Counted from the stretch's first letter, positions 10,052 through 20,754 are shown. The stretch is DNA of 64,000 nt from an uncultured Chloroflexia bacterium (GCA_963849405.1 CAWKHG010000004.1:37094-101093), one strand, 5' to 3'. Notes: a model not told the origin generated them from the sequence alone. A program made the numbers and translations.

Positions 10052-10633
10052 GTGAACGACCAGATCCTGTGGTTCGCGACGCGCGGCGCCGGGGTCGTCT
10101 CGCTCCTGCTCTTCACCGCCGTGACCTGCCTGGGCATCCTCACGGTCCTGCGCTGGCAGACCGCCTCGTGGCCGCGCTTCCTCACGGTCGAGCTGCACCG
10201 GAACCTGGCGCTCCTCTCGGTGATCTTCCTCGTCATCCACATCGCGACCGCGATCCTCGACCCGTTCGTCGAGCTCGGCTGGCTCTCGACGGTGGTCCCG
10301 TTCGTGTCCGACTACCGGCCGCTGTGGGTCGGCCTCGGGGCGCTCTCGCTCGACCTGCTGCTCGCGGTCCTCGTCACGAGCCTCCTCCGCAACCGGGTGG
10401 GGCAGCGTGCCTGGCGCGCCGTCCACTGGCTCGCCTACGGGGCGTGGCCGCTCGCCGTCGCCCACGGCCTCGGCTCGGGGAGCGACGCGTCCTCGGCTTG
10501 GATGCGCGGGATCGACGCCGTGTGCCTGCTGGCCGTGGGTGGTGCCGTCGCGTGGCGGGTCGCCGCGGGTCGCACCAATCGCAGCCGGCTCGAGGGCGCG
10601 GTCGCGGGCGCTCCCGCCGGGAGGTCCCGGTGA
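10052..10633 (+). CDS. Ferric reductase-like (MsrQ-like) di-heme transmembrane protein
   Basis: 5-6 TM helices with four His at heme-ligand positions (ELHRNL, VIHIAT, WRAVHWLAY, VAHGLGSG). Confidence 0.85.
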   Translation: MNDQILWFATRGAGVVSLLLFTAVTCLGILTVLRWQTASWPRFLTVELHRNLALLSVIFLVIHIATAILDPFVELGWLSTVVPFVSDYRPLWVGLGALSLDLLLAVLVTSLLRNRVGQRAWRAVHWLAYGAWPLAVAHGLGSGSDASSAWMRGIDAVCLLAVGGAVAWRVAAGRTNRSRLEGAVAGAPAGRSR

Positions 10634-11877
10634 CGCTGACCGCATCGCCGAGCGTGTCCCGGCTCCTGGCCGGCCCGCCGCTGGCCGCCGGCACCAAATC
10701 CGGTCGCGACCACTTCGCGCGCCTGGGTCCGCTGCCGACCGGAGCCTCGGCACGGAACGTGATCCCGGTACTCGAGGCGAGCGGGCTGCTCGGCCGTGGC
10801 GGCGCGGGCTTCCCGGTGGGCCGCAAATGGCGGTCCGTCGCGGAACGCGCCGCCGGCGGGACGGTCGTCCTCGTGAACGGCGCCGAAGGGGAGCCGCTCA
10901 GCGCGAAGGATCGCGCGCTCATGACGCTCCGGCCGCACCTGGTCCTGGACGGCGCCCAGCTCGCCGCGGAGGCCGTGGGGGCGGACGAAGTGATCCTGTA
11001 CATCGGCTCTGCGCACGTGACGGCTCGCCACGCGATCGAGGCGGCTCTCGCCGAACGCGGCCGCATCACCCAGGTCCCGACCCGGATCGTCCAGGCGCCC
11101 GATCGCTACGTCGCGGGCGAGGCCTCGGCCGCCGTCCACTTCGTCAACGAGGCCGACGCACGGCCGACGACCAGCCCGCCGCGGACGTACGAGAGCGGCG
11201 TCGGCGGCCGGCCGACGGTCGTCCAGAACCTGGAGAGCCTCGCGTACGCAGCGCTCATCGCGCGCGGCGGCGACGGGTGGTATCGCTCGGCCGGCTGCGC
11301 CGCGACCCCCGGCACCGGCCTCGTGACGGTGAGCGGCGTCCCGAACCCCGGCGTGCGCGAGATCGAGCTTGGCACGACCGTGGGCGAGGTCGGCCGGATG
11401 GCCGGCGCCGAACGGGGCCTCGCCTCGGCCGTGCTCATCGGCGGCTACTTCGGTGCCTGGGCGACGCCGGACGAGGCCTGGGACATGCCCCTCGACCCGG
11501 CCGGGATGCGCGTCGCCGGCCACTCGTTCGGCTGCGGGGTCGTGTCGATCCTCCCGACGGACGCGTGCGGCGTGACCGCGACGGCCGGGATCATGAGCTA
11601 CATGGCCGGCGAGAGCGCCGCCCAGTGCGGGCCGTGCGTCTTCGGGCTCCGGGCGATCGCCGATGCGACCGAGCGCCTCGCCCGCGGCCACGCCGCGGTC
11701 GACGACCTGGCCCGCATCGAGCGCTGGAGCGGCCAGCTCGCCGGTCGCGGCGCGTGCAAGCATCCCGACGGCGCGGTCGGCCTGCTCGCGAGCGCCCTGC
11801 GCGTGTTCGGCGACGAGTTCCTCCGCCACGCCCGCCGAACCTGCAGCAGGGCCGCTCACCGGGGAGTGGCCGCATGA
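10630..11877 (+). CDS. Stand-alone NuoF-like NADH/FMN-binding Fe-S flavoprotein
   Basis: GLLGRGGAGFPVGRKW; VNGAEGEP..AKDR; YVAGEASA; PTVVQNLES; SLBB GGYFG; ESAAQCGPCVFG...GACKHPDG. Confidence 0.88.
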   Translation: MTLTASPSVSRLLAGPPLAAGTKSGRDHFARLGPLPTGASARNVIPVLEASGLLGRGGAGFPVGRKWRSVAERAAGGTVVLVNGAEGEPLSAKDRALMTLRPHLVLDGAQLAAEAVGADEVILYIGSAHVTARHAIEAALAERGRITQVPTRIVQAPDRYVAGEASAAVHFVNEADARPTTSPPRTYESGVGGRPTVVQNLESLAYAALIARGGDGWYRSAGCAATPGTGLVTVSGVPNPGVREIELGTTVGEVGRMAGAERGLASAVLIGGYFGAWATPDEAWDMPLDPAGMRVAGHSFGCGVVSILPTDACGVTATAGIMSYMAGESAAQCGPCVFGLRAIADATERLARGHAAVDDLARIERWSGQLAGRGACKHPDGAVGLLASALRVFGDEFLRHARRTCSRAAHRGVAA

Positions 11878-12119
11878 CGCGGCCGCCGACAGCCAGCCGC
11901 GGCTCAGCGACGGCCCTCCACGTCGACCGGATCCTGTGCGACGGCTACGGGATGTGCGCGGAGCTCCTGCCGGAGCTCATCGAGCTCGACGACTGGGGCT
12001 ACCCGATCGTCCGCCCAGGGGCGGTCCCGGACGACCTCGTCGGCCTGGCCCGCCGGGCGGTCGATGTCTGCCCGGTTCTGGCCCTCGCCCTCCGGAAGGT
12101 GCCGATCCCGGCCTCCTGA
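11874..12119 (+). CDS. Small monocluster ferredoxin (probably 3Fe-4S)
   Basis: VDRILCDGYGMCAELLPE...AVDVCPVLAL (C-x2-Y-x2-C...CP); ATGA-coupled to the NuoF-like gene. Confidence 0.85.
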   Translation: MTRPPTASRGSATALHVDRILCDGYGMCAELLPELIELDDWGYPIVRPGAVPDDLVGLARRAVDVCPVLALALRKVPIPAS

Positions 12120-12262
12120 CACCGGTTTCGCGGCCCAATTCGAACGTGAACGGGACCATCGGGCTATTCGCTCGTGGCCCTCGGCATGAGAAAAAAGGCG
12201 TCGACAGTACCGAGGTGCTCCCTGGACCTGCGGGCCGTCGGTGAAGAGGGTTACCCCACACG

Positions 12263-14536
12263 ATGCAGCCGAACGAGGCGACGGCGGGGACCGAGCTTCC
12301 GAGCGCGTCTGCGCGGAACGCGCGAATCGGGCTCGTCCTCGTCATCGTCACGGCCGCGATCGCCACAGCTCTGGTGCTCGCGACGATCCTCCCCGGCGGT
12401 CCGCGCGCGGATGCGCAGCATGCCGATGCGGCCGCAGCCGAGGTCGCCGCGTCGATCCGGTCCACGCTCGGCAGCGCGACAGGGATCGCCGGGCAGCTGG
12501 CCGCGGATCCGGCCGTCGTGGCCATCCTCGCCAAGCCCGGGACCAAGCAGCCGCCGGCCCCGCCGCCGGCGCTCGTCGACGCCACCTCCCGCATCAAGGC
12601 CTCGGCGCCCCAGGTCATGCTCGTGGACGCCGCTCGCGCCGTCCGCCTCGCCTACGCCCTGCCGGGCGGGCCGCAGCCCGTCGGCAACGGCGCCATCCTC
12701 GTCGCCGCCCGCGGGATCACGGGCGTCACGCCCATCGTGATCGACGCCCAGGGCGACCACCGGGTCGGCGTGGTCGCCCCTGTCCCGGCCGGCCTCGGCA
12801 AGGGCGGCTCGGTCCTCGTCTCGATCTCGCTCGAGGCGGTCGTGGAGGCGGCCACGGCCGCGGCCGGACCCGGCGCGGCCGTGGAGCTGCTCGACGCGAA
12901 GGGCGCCCGGATCGCTCGCGCCGACGCCTCGCCGGCACCCGGCGGCGGGACCGACCCGTCCCAGGCGACCGTGACCGCGACGGCCAACCGCGCCCTCGAC
13001 GGGCTGCCGGCCGGCTTCCCGGCCTGGTCGATCGTCGTCCGGATGCCGGTCGCCACGACCACGGGCACCAGCGAGCCACTGCCGATCCTCCTCGGGCTCG
13101 CGGCCATCCTCGGCGTGGTCGGCATCTCGGGTGCGTACCTGGCCCTCCGACCGGCCGGCCGGCTGGCGAGCACGAGCGACGAGCTGCAGCGCAAGTACGC
13201 CGAGGTCGCCGAGCAGGCCTACATCGATGTCATGACCGGCCTCGGCAACCAGCGGGCGTTCCAGATCGAGACCGACCGCCACCTCGACCTCGTCCGTCGC
13301 GGCCGCCTGCCGCTGACGCTGGTCATCCTCGACCTCGACGACTTCAAGCGGATCAACGACACCGATGGCCACAAGATCGGCGACGAGCTTCTCGCCGCGT
13401 TCGCCCGGATCATCGAGGGCTGCATCCGGCGCAGCGACCGCGCCTTCCGGATCGGCGGCGACGAGTTCGCCATCCTCATGCCCGGGACGAACGTCGACGG
13501 CGCCGAGATCGTCACCCGCCGCCTCCTCGCGAGCGCCCTGGAGCCGCCGGTCGGGAGCGCCGCGGGCCGCCGGGTGATCTCGTTCTCGGGCGGCATCGCC
13601 GAAGCGACGCCACAGACGGACCGGGTCGAGCTCTTCTCGCAGGCCGACGCCGCCATGTACTGGTCGAAGCGCCACGGGCGGACCTCGGTCTCGATCTTCG
13701 ACCCGGACAAGCACCCGCTGCCGAGCCGGGTGAGCGCCGATCTTACGGCCGCCATCGCCAAGGTCATCGAGCAGCGCTCCGTGCGGGCGGTCTTCCAGCC
13801 GATCGTGGAGCTCGCCACGGGCCGGGTCATCGGCTACGAGGGCCTCGTCCGGCCGACGGCCCACCCATTCGTGGACGCCGGCAGCCTGTTCGCCGCGGCC
13901 GAGGGCAGCGGCCGGACGGCCGAGCTCGACTACGTCTGCCTCGAGACGGTCGCCGCGGCGGCCGTGTCCATCCCCGCCGACCGCTACGTCGCGATCAACC
14001 TGTCGCCGCGAACCCTCGAGGCGCCCGAGTTCAACGCCCTGGCGCTGTGCCGCCGGCTCGCCCGCCTTGGCCTGCCCTCCCAGCGGATCGTCCTGGAGCT
14101 CACGGAGCGCGAGGAGATCGAGGACCTCGCCCGGCTGCGGCGCGGGCTCGAGGCCTGTCGCGCGCTCGGCGTCCGGGTCGCCGCCGATGACGTCGGGGCC
14201 GGTAACGCCGGACTGCGGCTCCTGAGCCTCGTGCCGTTCGACGTCGTGAAGATCGACCTGTCGCTCGTCCAGGACGCGGTCACCCACGAGACCTCGGCCG
14301 AGATCCTCGCCACGTTGCGGGATCTCGCCACGCGACGGGGAGCGGTCGTGGTCGCCGAGGGCCTCGAGACGCAGCAGCAGCTCAAGCTCGTGCTCGCGGC
14401 CGGCATCGATGCGGGTCAGGGATATCTGCTCGGCCGTCCGGGCGAGGCGACCGACGCGCAGCCCATCGACATGCAGGCGCTCCTCAGCGCGCAGGTGCGC
14501 TTCGGCGCGACGTTCGTGGAGCACGTCGTCAGGTAG
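12263..14536 (+). CDS. Membrane-bound diguanylate cyclase/phosphodiesterase (TM-sensor-TM-GGDEF-EAL)
   Basis: DVMTGLGN; [10 protein letters not shown]; RRSD I-site then GGDEF; FQPIV, EGL, LELTE, DDVGAG, VKID, AEGLE, GQGY. Confidence 0.92.
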   Translation: MQPNEATAGTELPSASARNARIGLVLVIVTAAIATALVLATILPGGPRADAQHADAAAAEVAASIRSTLGSATGIAGQLAADPAVVAILAKPGTKQPPAPPPALVDATSRIKASAPQVMLVDAARAVRLAYALPGGPQPVGNGAILVAARGITGVTPIVIDAQGDHRVGVVAPVPAGLGKGGSVLVSISLEAVVEAATAAAGPGAAVELLDAKGARIARADASPAPGGGTDPSQATVTATANRALDGLPAGFPAWSIVVRMPVATTTGTSEPLPILLGLAAILGVVGISGAYLALRPAGRLASTSDELQRKYAEVAEQAYIDVMTGLGNQRAFQIETDRHLDLVRRGRLPLTLVILDLDDFKRINDTDGHKIGDELLAAFARIIEGCIRRSDRAFRIGGDEFAILMPGTNVDGAEIVTRRLLASALEPPVGSAAGRRVISFSGGIAEATPQTDRVELFSQADAAMYWSKRHGRTSVSIFDPDKHPLPSRVSADLTAAIAKVIEQRSVRAVFQPIVELATGRVIGYEGLVRPTAHPFVDAGSLFAAAEGSGRTAELDYVCLETVAAAAVSIPADRYVAINLSPRTLEAPEFNALALCRRLARLGLPSQRIVLELTEREEIEDLARLRRGLEACRALGVRVAADDVGAGNAGLRLLSLVPFDVVKIDLSLVQDAVTHETSAEILATLRDLATRRGAVVVAEGLETQQQLKLVLAAGIDAGQGYLLGRPGEATDAQPIDMQALLSAQVRFGATFVEHVVR

Positions 14537-14602
14537 CGACGCGTCGCTCGTAGCGGTACGCTCTCGGCCCGTTCACCTCAGGGCACGAAGGGAGCGATCG
14601 CG

Positions 14603-15972
14603 ATGGGTACCGACCGGACGAAGTTCATCCTCGACGAGGACCGCATCCCGCGCGCCTGGTACAACATCATCGCGGACCTCCCGGTGCCACCCGCGCCGGT
14701 CCTTCACCCCGGCACCGGCCAGCCCATCGGCCCGGACGATCTCGCCCCGCTGTTCCCGATGGCGCTCATCGGCCAGGAGGTCAGCGGCGACCGGGAGATC
14801 GAGATCCCCGAGCCCGTCCGCGAGGCGTACCGCGCTCTACCGGCCCAGCCCGCTCTACCGCGCCCACCGGCTCGAGAAGGCCCTCGGGACGCCGGCCCAC
14901 ATCTACTACAAGTACGAGGGCGGCAGCCCGTCGGGCAGCCACAAGCCGAACACGGCGATGGCCCAGGCGTTCTACAACAAGGACGCCGGGGTGACCCGGA
15001 TCGCGACCGAGACCGGCGCCGGCCAGTGGGGCTCGGCGCTCGCGTTCGCCGGCGCCTATGTTCGGGCTCGAGATCAAGGTCTACATGGTCCGCGCGAGCT
15101 ACGACCAGAAGCCGTACCGGCGCAACCTCATGGAGGTCTACGGGGCCCAGGTCGTGGCCAGCCCCTCCCCGGATACGAACTACGGCCGCAAGATCCTCGC
15201 CGAGACGCCCGACAACCCCGGGCTCGCTGGGCCTCGCGATCAGCGAGGCGGTCGAGGACGCCGCGACGCGCGACGACACGAAGTACGCCTCGGCTCGGTG
15301 CTCAACCACGTCCTGCTCCACCAGACGGTCATCGGCCAGGAGGCGATCGAGCAGATGGCCATGGCCGGCGAGGAGCCCGATGTCGTCATCGGCTGCGCCG
15401 GCGGCGGCTCCAACTTCGCCGGCCTGACGTTCCCGTTCATCGGGCGCGGGCTGCGCGGCGGTCCGAAGCCGCGGGTCATCGCGGTCGAGCCCGAGGCGGC
15501 TCCGTCGCTCACGCAGGGCGAGTACCGCTACGACTTCGGGGACATGGGCCAGCTGGCCCCGCTCGTGAAGATGCACACCCTCGGCCACACGTTCATCCCG
15601 GAGCCCATCCACGCCGGTGGCCTGCGCTACCACGGGATGTCGCCGCTCGTGAGCCTGCTCAAGGAGAACGGGCTCATCGAGGCGCAGGCCGTCCACCAGA
15701 ACGCGTCGTTCGCGGCCGGCGTCCAGTTCGCCAGGGCCGAGGGGATCCTCCCGGCGCCCGAGCCGACGCACGCGATCCGGGTCGCGATCGACGAGGCGCT
15801 CCAGGCCCGCGAAGAGGGGCGCTCGAAGGTCATCCTGTTCAACCTGTGCGGCCACGGCCACTTCGACCTGTCGGCCTACGAGCGCTACCTGTCGGGTTCG
15901 CTCGAGGACTTCGCGTATCCGGCCGAGCGGGTCGCGGCGGCGCTCAAGGAGCTGGATCTGCTCCCCGTCTGA
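14603..15972 (+). CDS. trpB2: TrpB2-type tryptophan synthase beta-like PLP enzyme (frameshifted)
   Basis: IPRAWYNI; SGSHKPNTA (PLP Lys); TETGAGQWG; LGSVLNHV; GCAGGGSNF; [10 protein letters not shown]; NLCGHGHFD. Confidence 0.92.
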
Positions 15973-16050
15973 GAGGTTCGCTCGGGTCGTCGCGGCGCCG
16001 TCACGGCTCCGCGCGACGGTCCGGAGGGTCGCCCCTGCTATCGTGCGGGC

Positions 16051-16833
16051 GTGGATGTCGCCGCTCCGACCCTCGATCCCGGGCCTGCCCGGGACCCCGT
16101 CGCCGGTGGACCGCTCGAGGCCCGCTGGCTCGGTCGGATCGGCTATCGCGACGCGTGGGCGCTGCAGCACGAGCTCGTCGGAGCGACGGATCGCCGGGGA
16201 GATCCCGGACCAGCTGCTCCTGCTCGAGCATCCGGCCGTCCTGACCCTCGGCCGGAACGCCGAGGACGGGCACGTCCGCGCGTCCGCCGACGAGCTGGCG
16301 GCCCGGGGCATCGAGGTCATCCGCGTCGAGCGCGGCGGCGAGGTCACGTACCACGGGCCCGGCCAGCTCGTGGCGTATCCGATCCTCGCCCTGTCGCGCC
16401 GGGGGTTGCTGCTGCGGCCGATGGTCCGGGCGCTGGAGGGCGCGATGGTCGACACGTGCGCGGCGTTCGGGGTGGTGGCCGACCGGCGCGACGGCCATCC
16501 CGGCTGCTGGTGCGACGTGTCCGGGGCTGAGCCGCGCAAGATCGGCGCCCTGGGCATCCGCGTCGAGCGCGGCGTGAGCTACCACGGGATCGCCCTGAAC
16601 ATCGACCCCGACCTGGCCGACTTCGACCTCATCGACCCATGCGGCATGCCCGAGGTGGTCTCGACCTCGATCGCCCGCGAGCCGGCCGGCCGGCGACGCC
16701 GCGCCGGCCTCACGGCGTCGCGAGCGGGCGGCCGCGGGTCTCTCGCGATCGGCGGCCGCCTGATCGCGCGGCCACGCCGACCGGCCCGGCTCGCCGGCGG
16801 CCTCCCGGCGACCGCCGCGAGCAGGGCGACTGA
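16051..16833 (+). CDS. lipB: Lipoyl(octanoyl) transferase (frameshifted)
   Basis: [14 protein letters not shown]; [19 protein letters not shown]; RKIGALG; SYHGIALN; FDLIDPCG. Confidence 0.92.
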
Positions 16834-16835
16834 CG

Positions 16836-17870
16836 GTGGCGGCCGGCCTCTTCGAGCTGCGCAAGGACGCGATCACCGGCTGGTGGGTCGCGACGGTCGT
16901 CGACCGCGCCTTCCATCGCGACCGGTTCGCGCTGCGGGCCGAGCCCGTCGATGACGGCGGCCATTGCCAGAACTGTGCCGAGCCGCCGGGCGACGGGGTC
17001 CGCGTCCGCACGCTCAAGGACTACGCGTTCCACGTCGTGGGGACGGATGCGGACGCGCGCGAGCTCGATGCAAGCCTCGTCCAGGTCGCGCTCTCGCAGG
17101 CGAAGTCCGCCGGGAGCTGGCGGACGGCCGTGGCCGCCCCCGGCGAGCATCGGCCGCTGCACGCCGTCGGCACCGATACGATCGCCGAGCTGCTCACCGC
17201 CTGCCGGACCGCGATCCGCGACGCCAAGAAGGCCGGCCAGACCGAATACCTCCAGGTCGTCCAGAACTGGGGCGCCCAGGCCGGTGCGCGGACGAACCAC
17301 TTGTGCCTCGACCTGTACGACCTGCCCCAGATCCCGCATCGCATCGCCGAGGAGCTGGGCGGCGCGGCCCGCTTCGTCATCCGCGAGGGCGGCTGCCCGT
17401 GGTGCCGACTCGTCGTGGACGAGACCGCCCGGCCGGAGCGGCTCATCTACCAGGACGACGCGAACGTGGCCTTCGCGCCGTACGCATCGCGGTCCCCGTT
17501 CGAGGTGTGGGTCGTGCCCCGCCGCCACGACGCCGACTTCTCCCGGGCCAGCGACGACGAGGTCAAGGCGACCGCCAATTCGCTCCGCCGCGTGCTCACG
17601 GACCTCGCCACGCTCGACGGCCCGCCCTACAACATGGTCCTCCACACCGCCCCGCTCAAGGAGCAGGTCGACGGGACGTTCCACTGGCACTGGGAGATCC
17701 ACCCGCGCCTGCGCGAGATCGCCGGCCTCGAGATCGGGACCGGCCTGCCGGTGAACCCGGTCAGCCCCGAGGACGCGGTCGACGAGCTGCTCCGCCAGGC
17801 CCGCGGCGCGAACGCCCGGGCGACCGCGCAGAGCGAGGACCGGACCGCGGGCGGCGTGATCAGCGGATGA
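16836..17870 (+). CDS. GalT/HIT-superfamily nucleotidyltransferase-like protein with altered active site
   Basis: ELRKDAITGWWV; NWGAQAGA; CPWC; FAPYASRSPFEVWVVP; PYNMVLHTAP; FHWHWEIHPRL..AGLEIGTG..NPVSPE. Confidence 0.8.
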   Translation: MAAGLFELRKDAITGWWVATVVDRAFHRDRFALRAEPVDDGGHCQNCAEPPGDGVRVRTLKDYAFHVVGTDADARELDASLVQVALSQAKSAGSWRTAVAAPGEHRPLHAVGTDTIAELLTACRTAIRDAKKAGQTEYLQVVQNWGAQAGARTNHLCLDLYDLPQIPHRIAEELGGAARFVIREGGCPWCRLVVDETARPERLIYQDDANVAFAPYASRSPFEVWVVPRRHDADFSRASDDEVKATANSLRRVLTDLATLDGPPYNMVLHTAPLKEQVDGTFHWHWEIHPRLREIAGLEIGTGLPVNPVSPEDAVDELLRQARGANARATAQSEDRTAGGVISG

Positions 17871-17897
17871 CCGGCGGCACGAACTGCAGCGGGGGGC

Positions 17898-17923
17898 GTC
17901 ACACGCTTGCGTCCCGCCTCGTC
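17898..17923 (+). promoter_or_regulatory. Putative ECF promoter GTCACA-N16-CGTC
   Basis: ECF41-like consensus words and spacing upstream of the ECF gene at 17986. Confidence 0.5.
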
Positions 17924-17985
17924 TCGACACCCGGTTCGTGCTCACCATCCTTGGTGCGCGAACGCTTGCTCACCACGGAGGCTCG

Positions 17986-18670
17986 ATGGACGCGGTCGCT
18001 CAGGTCGGCCACGGGTTCGGAACTCGGCGGTTCGGCCATGCACTCGAGCGCCCAGGGCGCACGGGGCGGCCGATGACCGGCGAGCGGCCGGATGCCGCCT
18101 CCGACGCGATCGCCCGCGATAACGCCGTCCGGGCCGAGATCGAGGTCCTCTTCACCCGCCACCACGCCGAGATCTACGCCTACCTCGCCCGCATGGTCCG
18201 CGAGCCCGAGATGGCCGCCGACCTCGCCCAGGACACCTTCGTCAAGGCGTATCGGGCGTACGACACGCTCGAGGACCCGGCCCGGGCACGGGCGTGGCTC
18301 TACCAGATCGCCCATCGCGTGGCCCTCGACGAGTTCCGTCGCCGGCGCATCGTCCGGTTCATCCCGTGGACCGGCGAGTCGCGCGGCGCGGCCCCGTCGG
18401 CCGAGCACATCGCGCTCGAGGGCCGGTTCTCGGGCGAGATGCAGCGGGCCCTGAGCCGGATGCCCGAGCGCCAGCGCTCCGCGCTCCTCCTCGCCGAGCT
18501 CCACGACCTGACCGGCCTCGAGCTGGCGGCCGCGCTCGGCGTGTCGCACGTGGCCGCCCGGGCCATCCTCACTCGCGCTCGCGAGAGCCTGCGTCAGGCA
18601 CTCGCCGATGAGCGGGCACGGAGCGCCGAATCCGAAATCGGCTCCCGGTACGGGGCACGGCGCCTCATGA
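17986..18670 (+). CDS. ECF RNA polymerase sigma factor (reads in frame into the next gene in this assembly)
   Basis: AADLAQDTFVKAY...RAWLYQIAHR; MPERQRSALLL...ELAAALG...LTRARESLR. Confidence 0.88.
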
Positions 18671-20754
18671 CCCACGAGTTCGGCGGCCGCCGCTCGCCCG
18701 AGGCCTGGTCCTCGCCGCACGACCGTGCCCGCGCCCGGCTCGCCGAGCGGATGACCGAGCCGCTCGAGCCCGAGGAATCCGCCTGGCTCGACGCGCACCT
18801 CGTCGGCTGCGCGGCCTGCCGCGATATCGACGCCGCGTACCACAGCGACCGCGAGTACCTCCGGGCGATGCGGGTGATCCCGCCGCCCCGCGACCTGTGG
18901 GCCCGGACCTCGGCGGCACTCGACGTGGAGCAGGCACGCTCCGCCGGCGGCCGGCGACGGTCGCGACCCGCGCGCCGGCGGACCGGTGGGACCGTCGTGC
19001 CGTTCCCGGCCGGGCGCTGGGCGCCCATCGGCGCCCTCGGCTCGATCGCCGCGGTGATGGTCGTCGGCTTCCTGCTCGGCAACATGCTCATCGGGACCGG
19101 GCCGGCCAGCACGCCGATCGTCGCCCTCGGCTCCACGCCGGCCCCGACGAAGAACCTCGTGCCGACCGCCATCCCCGTGCCCAAGAGCGACGTCGCGTGG
19201 GTCACCACGAACGCGGACGGCTCGATCGTCGTGCGCCAGACGGAGGTCCGCGACGTGTGCCCGGAGAACGCTCCGGCGGGGTGCGTGCCGTTCGACAACA
19301 ACGCGAGCCAGGTCGCGACCCTGTCGGTCAAGCCGACGAGCGTCCACCAGTCGCCGACCTCGGGCCAGCTGGTCGTCTTCGGCAAGACGCCATCCGGAAC
19401 AGGCGTCTCGATGTTCGTCATGGGCGCGGGTAACGCCCCGCCGCCGACGACTCGGCCCACTGTCGTGCCCACGGTCTCGCCCTCGACGCCGCAGACCGCC
19501 TCGGCCTCACCCTCGACCGCGGGCGCGAGCGAGACGCCGGGCAGCACGGGTGGCTCCGCATCGCCCTCGACGTCCGCGTCGAGCTCCCCGACCGCATCCG
19601 CGACGGCGACTCCGCCGCCCACCGCCAGCCCGACGCCCAAGGCGACCGCCACGGCCAGCATCGTTCCCAACGTGACGCCGCCGCCCTCCGCTGCTGCGCT
19701 CATCGCGATCGCGACCGACCTCGGCGTGCTCAACCCCGAGACCGCCGCGTACTCGCCGGACGGCACCTGGTTCGCGTTCACGGCGCGCCGGCTCGACGAC
19801 CTCGACGGGACCGGATCGGACATCTACCTCTGGCATGCCGGGGACATCCAGGCGCGCGCGGTGACCGACGACGGTCGCTCCGTCTTCGCCGGCTGGGTCG
19901 GCAACAGGCTCGCCGGGAGCAGCGTCGATCTCCCCGATGGAAGCCCCCTCGAGGGCGGCACCGGCGGGTTCGGCACGACCTCGTTCCTCGTCGATCCTTC
20001 GACCCTCGCCCGGACATCGATCCCGACCGCCGCCTGGCGGCCCGCCGTCGACCCGACCGGCAAGTCCGTCGTCTACTGGGAAGGCACCGTCGCCCTCGAT
20101 CCGGTGAGCGGCGGCTGGCGCACGGCCACCGGCCGTCTCGTGATCCGCTCGTGGCAGGCCGTCTCGACCGCCGCGTCGGGCGGGGCCTCGCCGACCGCCC
20201 CCACCACCTCGCCCTCGGTCGCGCCGAGCCCCTCGCCCTCGGCGAGCGCGTCCGCCTCGCCGTCCTTGGAGCCCGGCGCCAAGTCGACGTTCAAGCCGTC
20301 GGCCAGCCCGGTCAGCTCGCCATCGGCTGCGGCGTCCGCGTCCCCGACAGCCTCTCCGTCCGCCACGGCCACGCCCGTCCCGACCGCAACGCAGCCCTCG
20401 GGCCTGCCCGCCGGCATCGCGAGCGCCGCCGGCGTCGACTGGGCCGCCGCCTGGGACGATGCCGGCACGCACCTCGCCCTCTGGATCGGCGACAAGGCCG
20501 AGCCGACCTTCGGGCATCTCAACCTGCTGACGATCGGCGCCAACGGCCTGCCGACCGCTGGTGGCGGCGTCCTCTCCGACGAGCCGGCCCTGCCGGGCTT
20601 CTCCCTCGCGGATGGCCACCTCGCCTGGGCGACCCCGGTCGGCACGAACGGCGAAGGCAGCACGCTCAAGATCTATGCGTACTCCGGCAAGGACCCCGGC
20701 TTCAGTGGCCCGGGCGCCCCGGGTCCGGGCCAGGTGATCGTCGTCCAGCACTGA
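18667..20754 (+). CDS. Zinc-finger (ZAS) anti-sigma factor with TM helix, Pro/Ser/Thr linkers and TolB/PD40-like extracellular domain
   Basis: HLVGCAAC (HxxxCxxC); TM; AAYSPDGTWFAFTA; PAVDPTGKSVVYW. Confidence 0.8.
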   Translation: MTHEFGGRRSPEAWSSPHDRARARLAERMTEPLEPEESAWLDAHLVGCAACRDIDAAYHSDREYLRAMRVIPPPRDLWARTSAALDVEQARSAGGRRRSRPARRRTGGTVVPFPAGRWAPIGALGSIAAVMVVGFLLGNMLIGTGPASTPIVALGSTPAPTKNLVPTAIPVPKSDVAWVTTNADGSIVVRQTEVRDVCPENAPAGCVPFDNNASQVATLSVKPTSVHQSPTSGQLVVFGKTPSGTGVSMFVMGAGNAPPPTTRPTVVPTVSPSTPQTASASPSTAGASETPGSTGGSASPSTSASSSPTASATATPPPTASPTPKATATASIVPNVTPPPSAAALIAIATDLGVLNPETAAYSPDGTWFAFTARRLDDLDGTGSDIYLWHAGDIQARAVTDDGRSVFAGWVGNRLAGSSVDLPDGSPLEGGTGGFGTTSFLVDPSTLARTSIPTAAWRPAVDPTGKSVVYWEGTVALDPVSGGWRTATGRLVIRSWQAVSTAASGGASPTAPTTSPSVAPSPSPSASASASPSLEPGAKSTFKPSASPVSSPSAAASASPTASPSATATPVPTATQPSGLPAGIASAAGVDWAAAWDDAGTHLALWIGDKAEPTFGHLNLLTIGANGLPTAGGGVLSDEPALPGFSLADGHLAWATPVGTNGEGSTLKIYAYSGKDPGFSGPGAPGPGQVIVVQH

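Noticed and set aside
10069-11877. Respiratory complex I gene (nuoF)
   Set aside because: No other nuo genes are adjacent and the N3 motif is altered; treated as a stand-alone homologue.
12251-14524. Long antisense and alternative-frame ORFs (also 27483-29897, 37744-39831, 46223-48280 and others)
   Set aside because: Shadow ORFs expected at this GC content; Arg/Gly/Pro-rich with no motifs and overlapping well-supported genes.
17938-20754. 938-aa ECF sigma / anti-sigma fusion ORF
   Set aside because: The junction contains ctcATGAcc, the usual overlapping stop/start of sigma/anti-sigma pairs (as at 7189). With indels throughout the window, one upstream indel explains the read-through. Needs read-level confirmation before it is called a real fusion.
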